The notes beneath the pieces were generated by a model, which was not told the origin of the DNA, did no database searches, and saw nothing but the letters and a program-made list of their open reading frames with translations. From Lingula anatina (taxonomy: Eukaryota > Animalia > Brachiopoda): a stretch of DNA of 64,000 nt. How positions within the stretch are numbered: the first letter of the stretch is position 1; each line of letters begins with the position of its first letter. Where the stretch lies: contig CM120640.1 of assembly GCA_051362555.1 (NCBI GenBank), positions 43,874,788 through 43,938,787 of the forward strand, read 5' to 3'. Positions 63,394 to 64,000 of this stretch are shown one piece after another. Position numbers and translations under genes: made by a program.

Positions 63394-64000
63394 TTTCACT
63401 CCCTTATCTTTGTCGCTAATCTTCTGATCTAGTCTGAAAAATTCAAGTTTTGAAATAGGTGATGTACTTTTGTAACAACCTAACTTGAATGTGAAGGATT
63501 CAGTTTGGAGGTTTTGCCAAAAAGATCGCCGTAAACGTTAAATTGAGAGCATTCATTTCAATCTTTTTCATTTGCCAGATGGCGCCAGGATAAGGGAAAC
63601 TGCACGTAAGCGAGGTTTCCTACCAAAGATCCTTTTAATTCATTCTTTTCATCCTAGCAATTACTTGATATTGCTTGGGAAAAGATTAATTACAAAAAAT
63701 TAATGATCAGTCTTGAATGGGAAAATAATGACTAAATTAATAACGCATTCTTTGTGCTAGAGTTTCATTGGGTTTGGGAATAAAAAAGGCTGCCATAGGA
63801 TTTTTCACTTTGTCCGAAGCAACAAATTTTCAATTTTGAATATGGCAAGACTTGTCCGGTTAAAAACTAGAAAAGAGTAAAATAAGAAGAAATGGAGTTG
63901 GTAAAATGTTCTTTTTATCAGATATGCAAAATGCGTTGTATCTCGTATATCGGATACCATAGGTACGCATAACACTTCCCTACCCCATTCATGGTCCAGG

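Overview
AT-rich animal genomic DNA with spliceosomal GT-AG introns. It is a bilaterian invertebrate, possibly a lophotrochozoan, but the taxon is only an inference. Four spliced protein-coding genes can be reconstructed by hand: (1) a complete Groucho/TLE co-repressor (+, 14886-38526, 20 coding exons per isoform, 735 aa); (2) a UPF0235/C15orf40 (DUF167) homologue (-, 41373-42793); (3) NR2C2AP (+, 43015-45422), head-to-head with gene 2; (4) a rhodopsin-class neuropeptide GPCR (-, 58562-61658). The main observation is a tandemly duplicated 102-nt exon pair in the Groucho WD40 domain (36344-36445 and 36517-36618, 71 nt apart). Both copies are intact, their synonymous sites look saturated, and they look like mutually exclusive exons covering residues of the WRPW/eh1-binding pocket. 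Groucho also has a frame-essential 23-nt microexon, whose skipping would give an AES-like truncation, and an in-frame alternative donor. Other content: a palindromic MITE family with 3-bp target-site duplications including a nested copy, eroded Tc1/mariner, RTE-LINE and SINE remnants, several foldback hairpins, and a CpG mosaic suggesting a divergent minus-strand transcript over 1-12.7 kb. Most ORF-track entries are spurious intron or intergenic ORFs.
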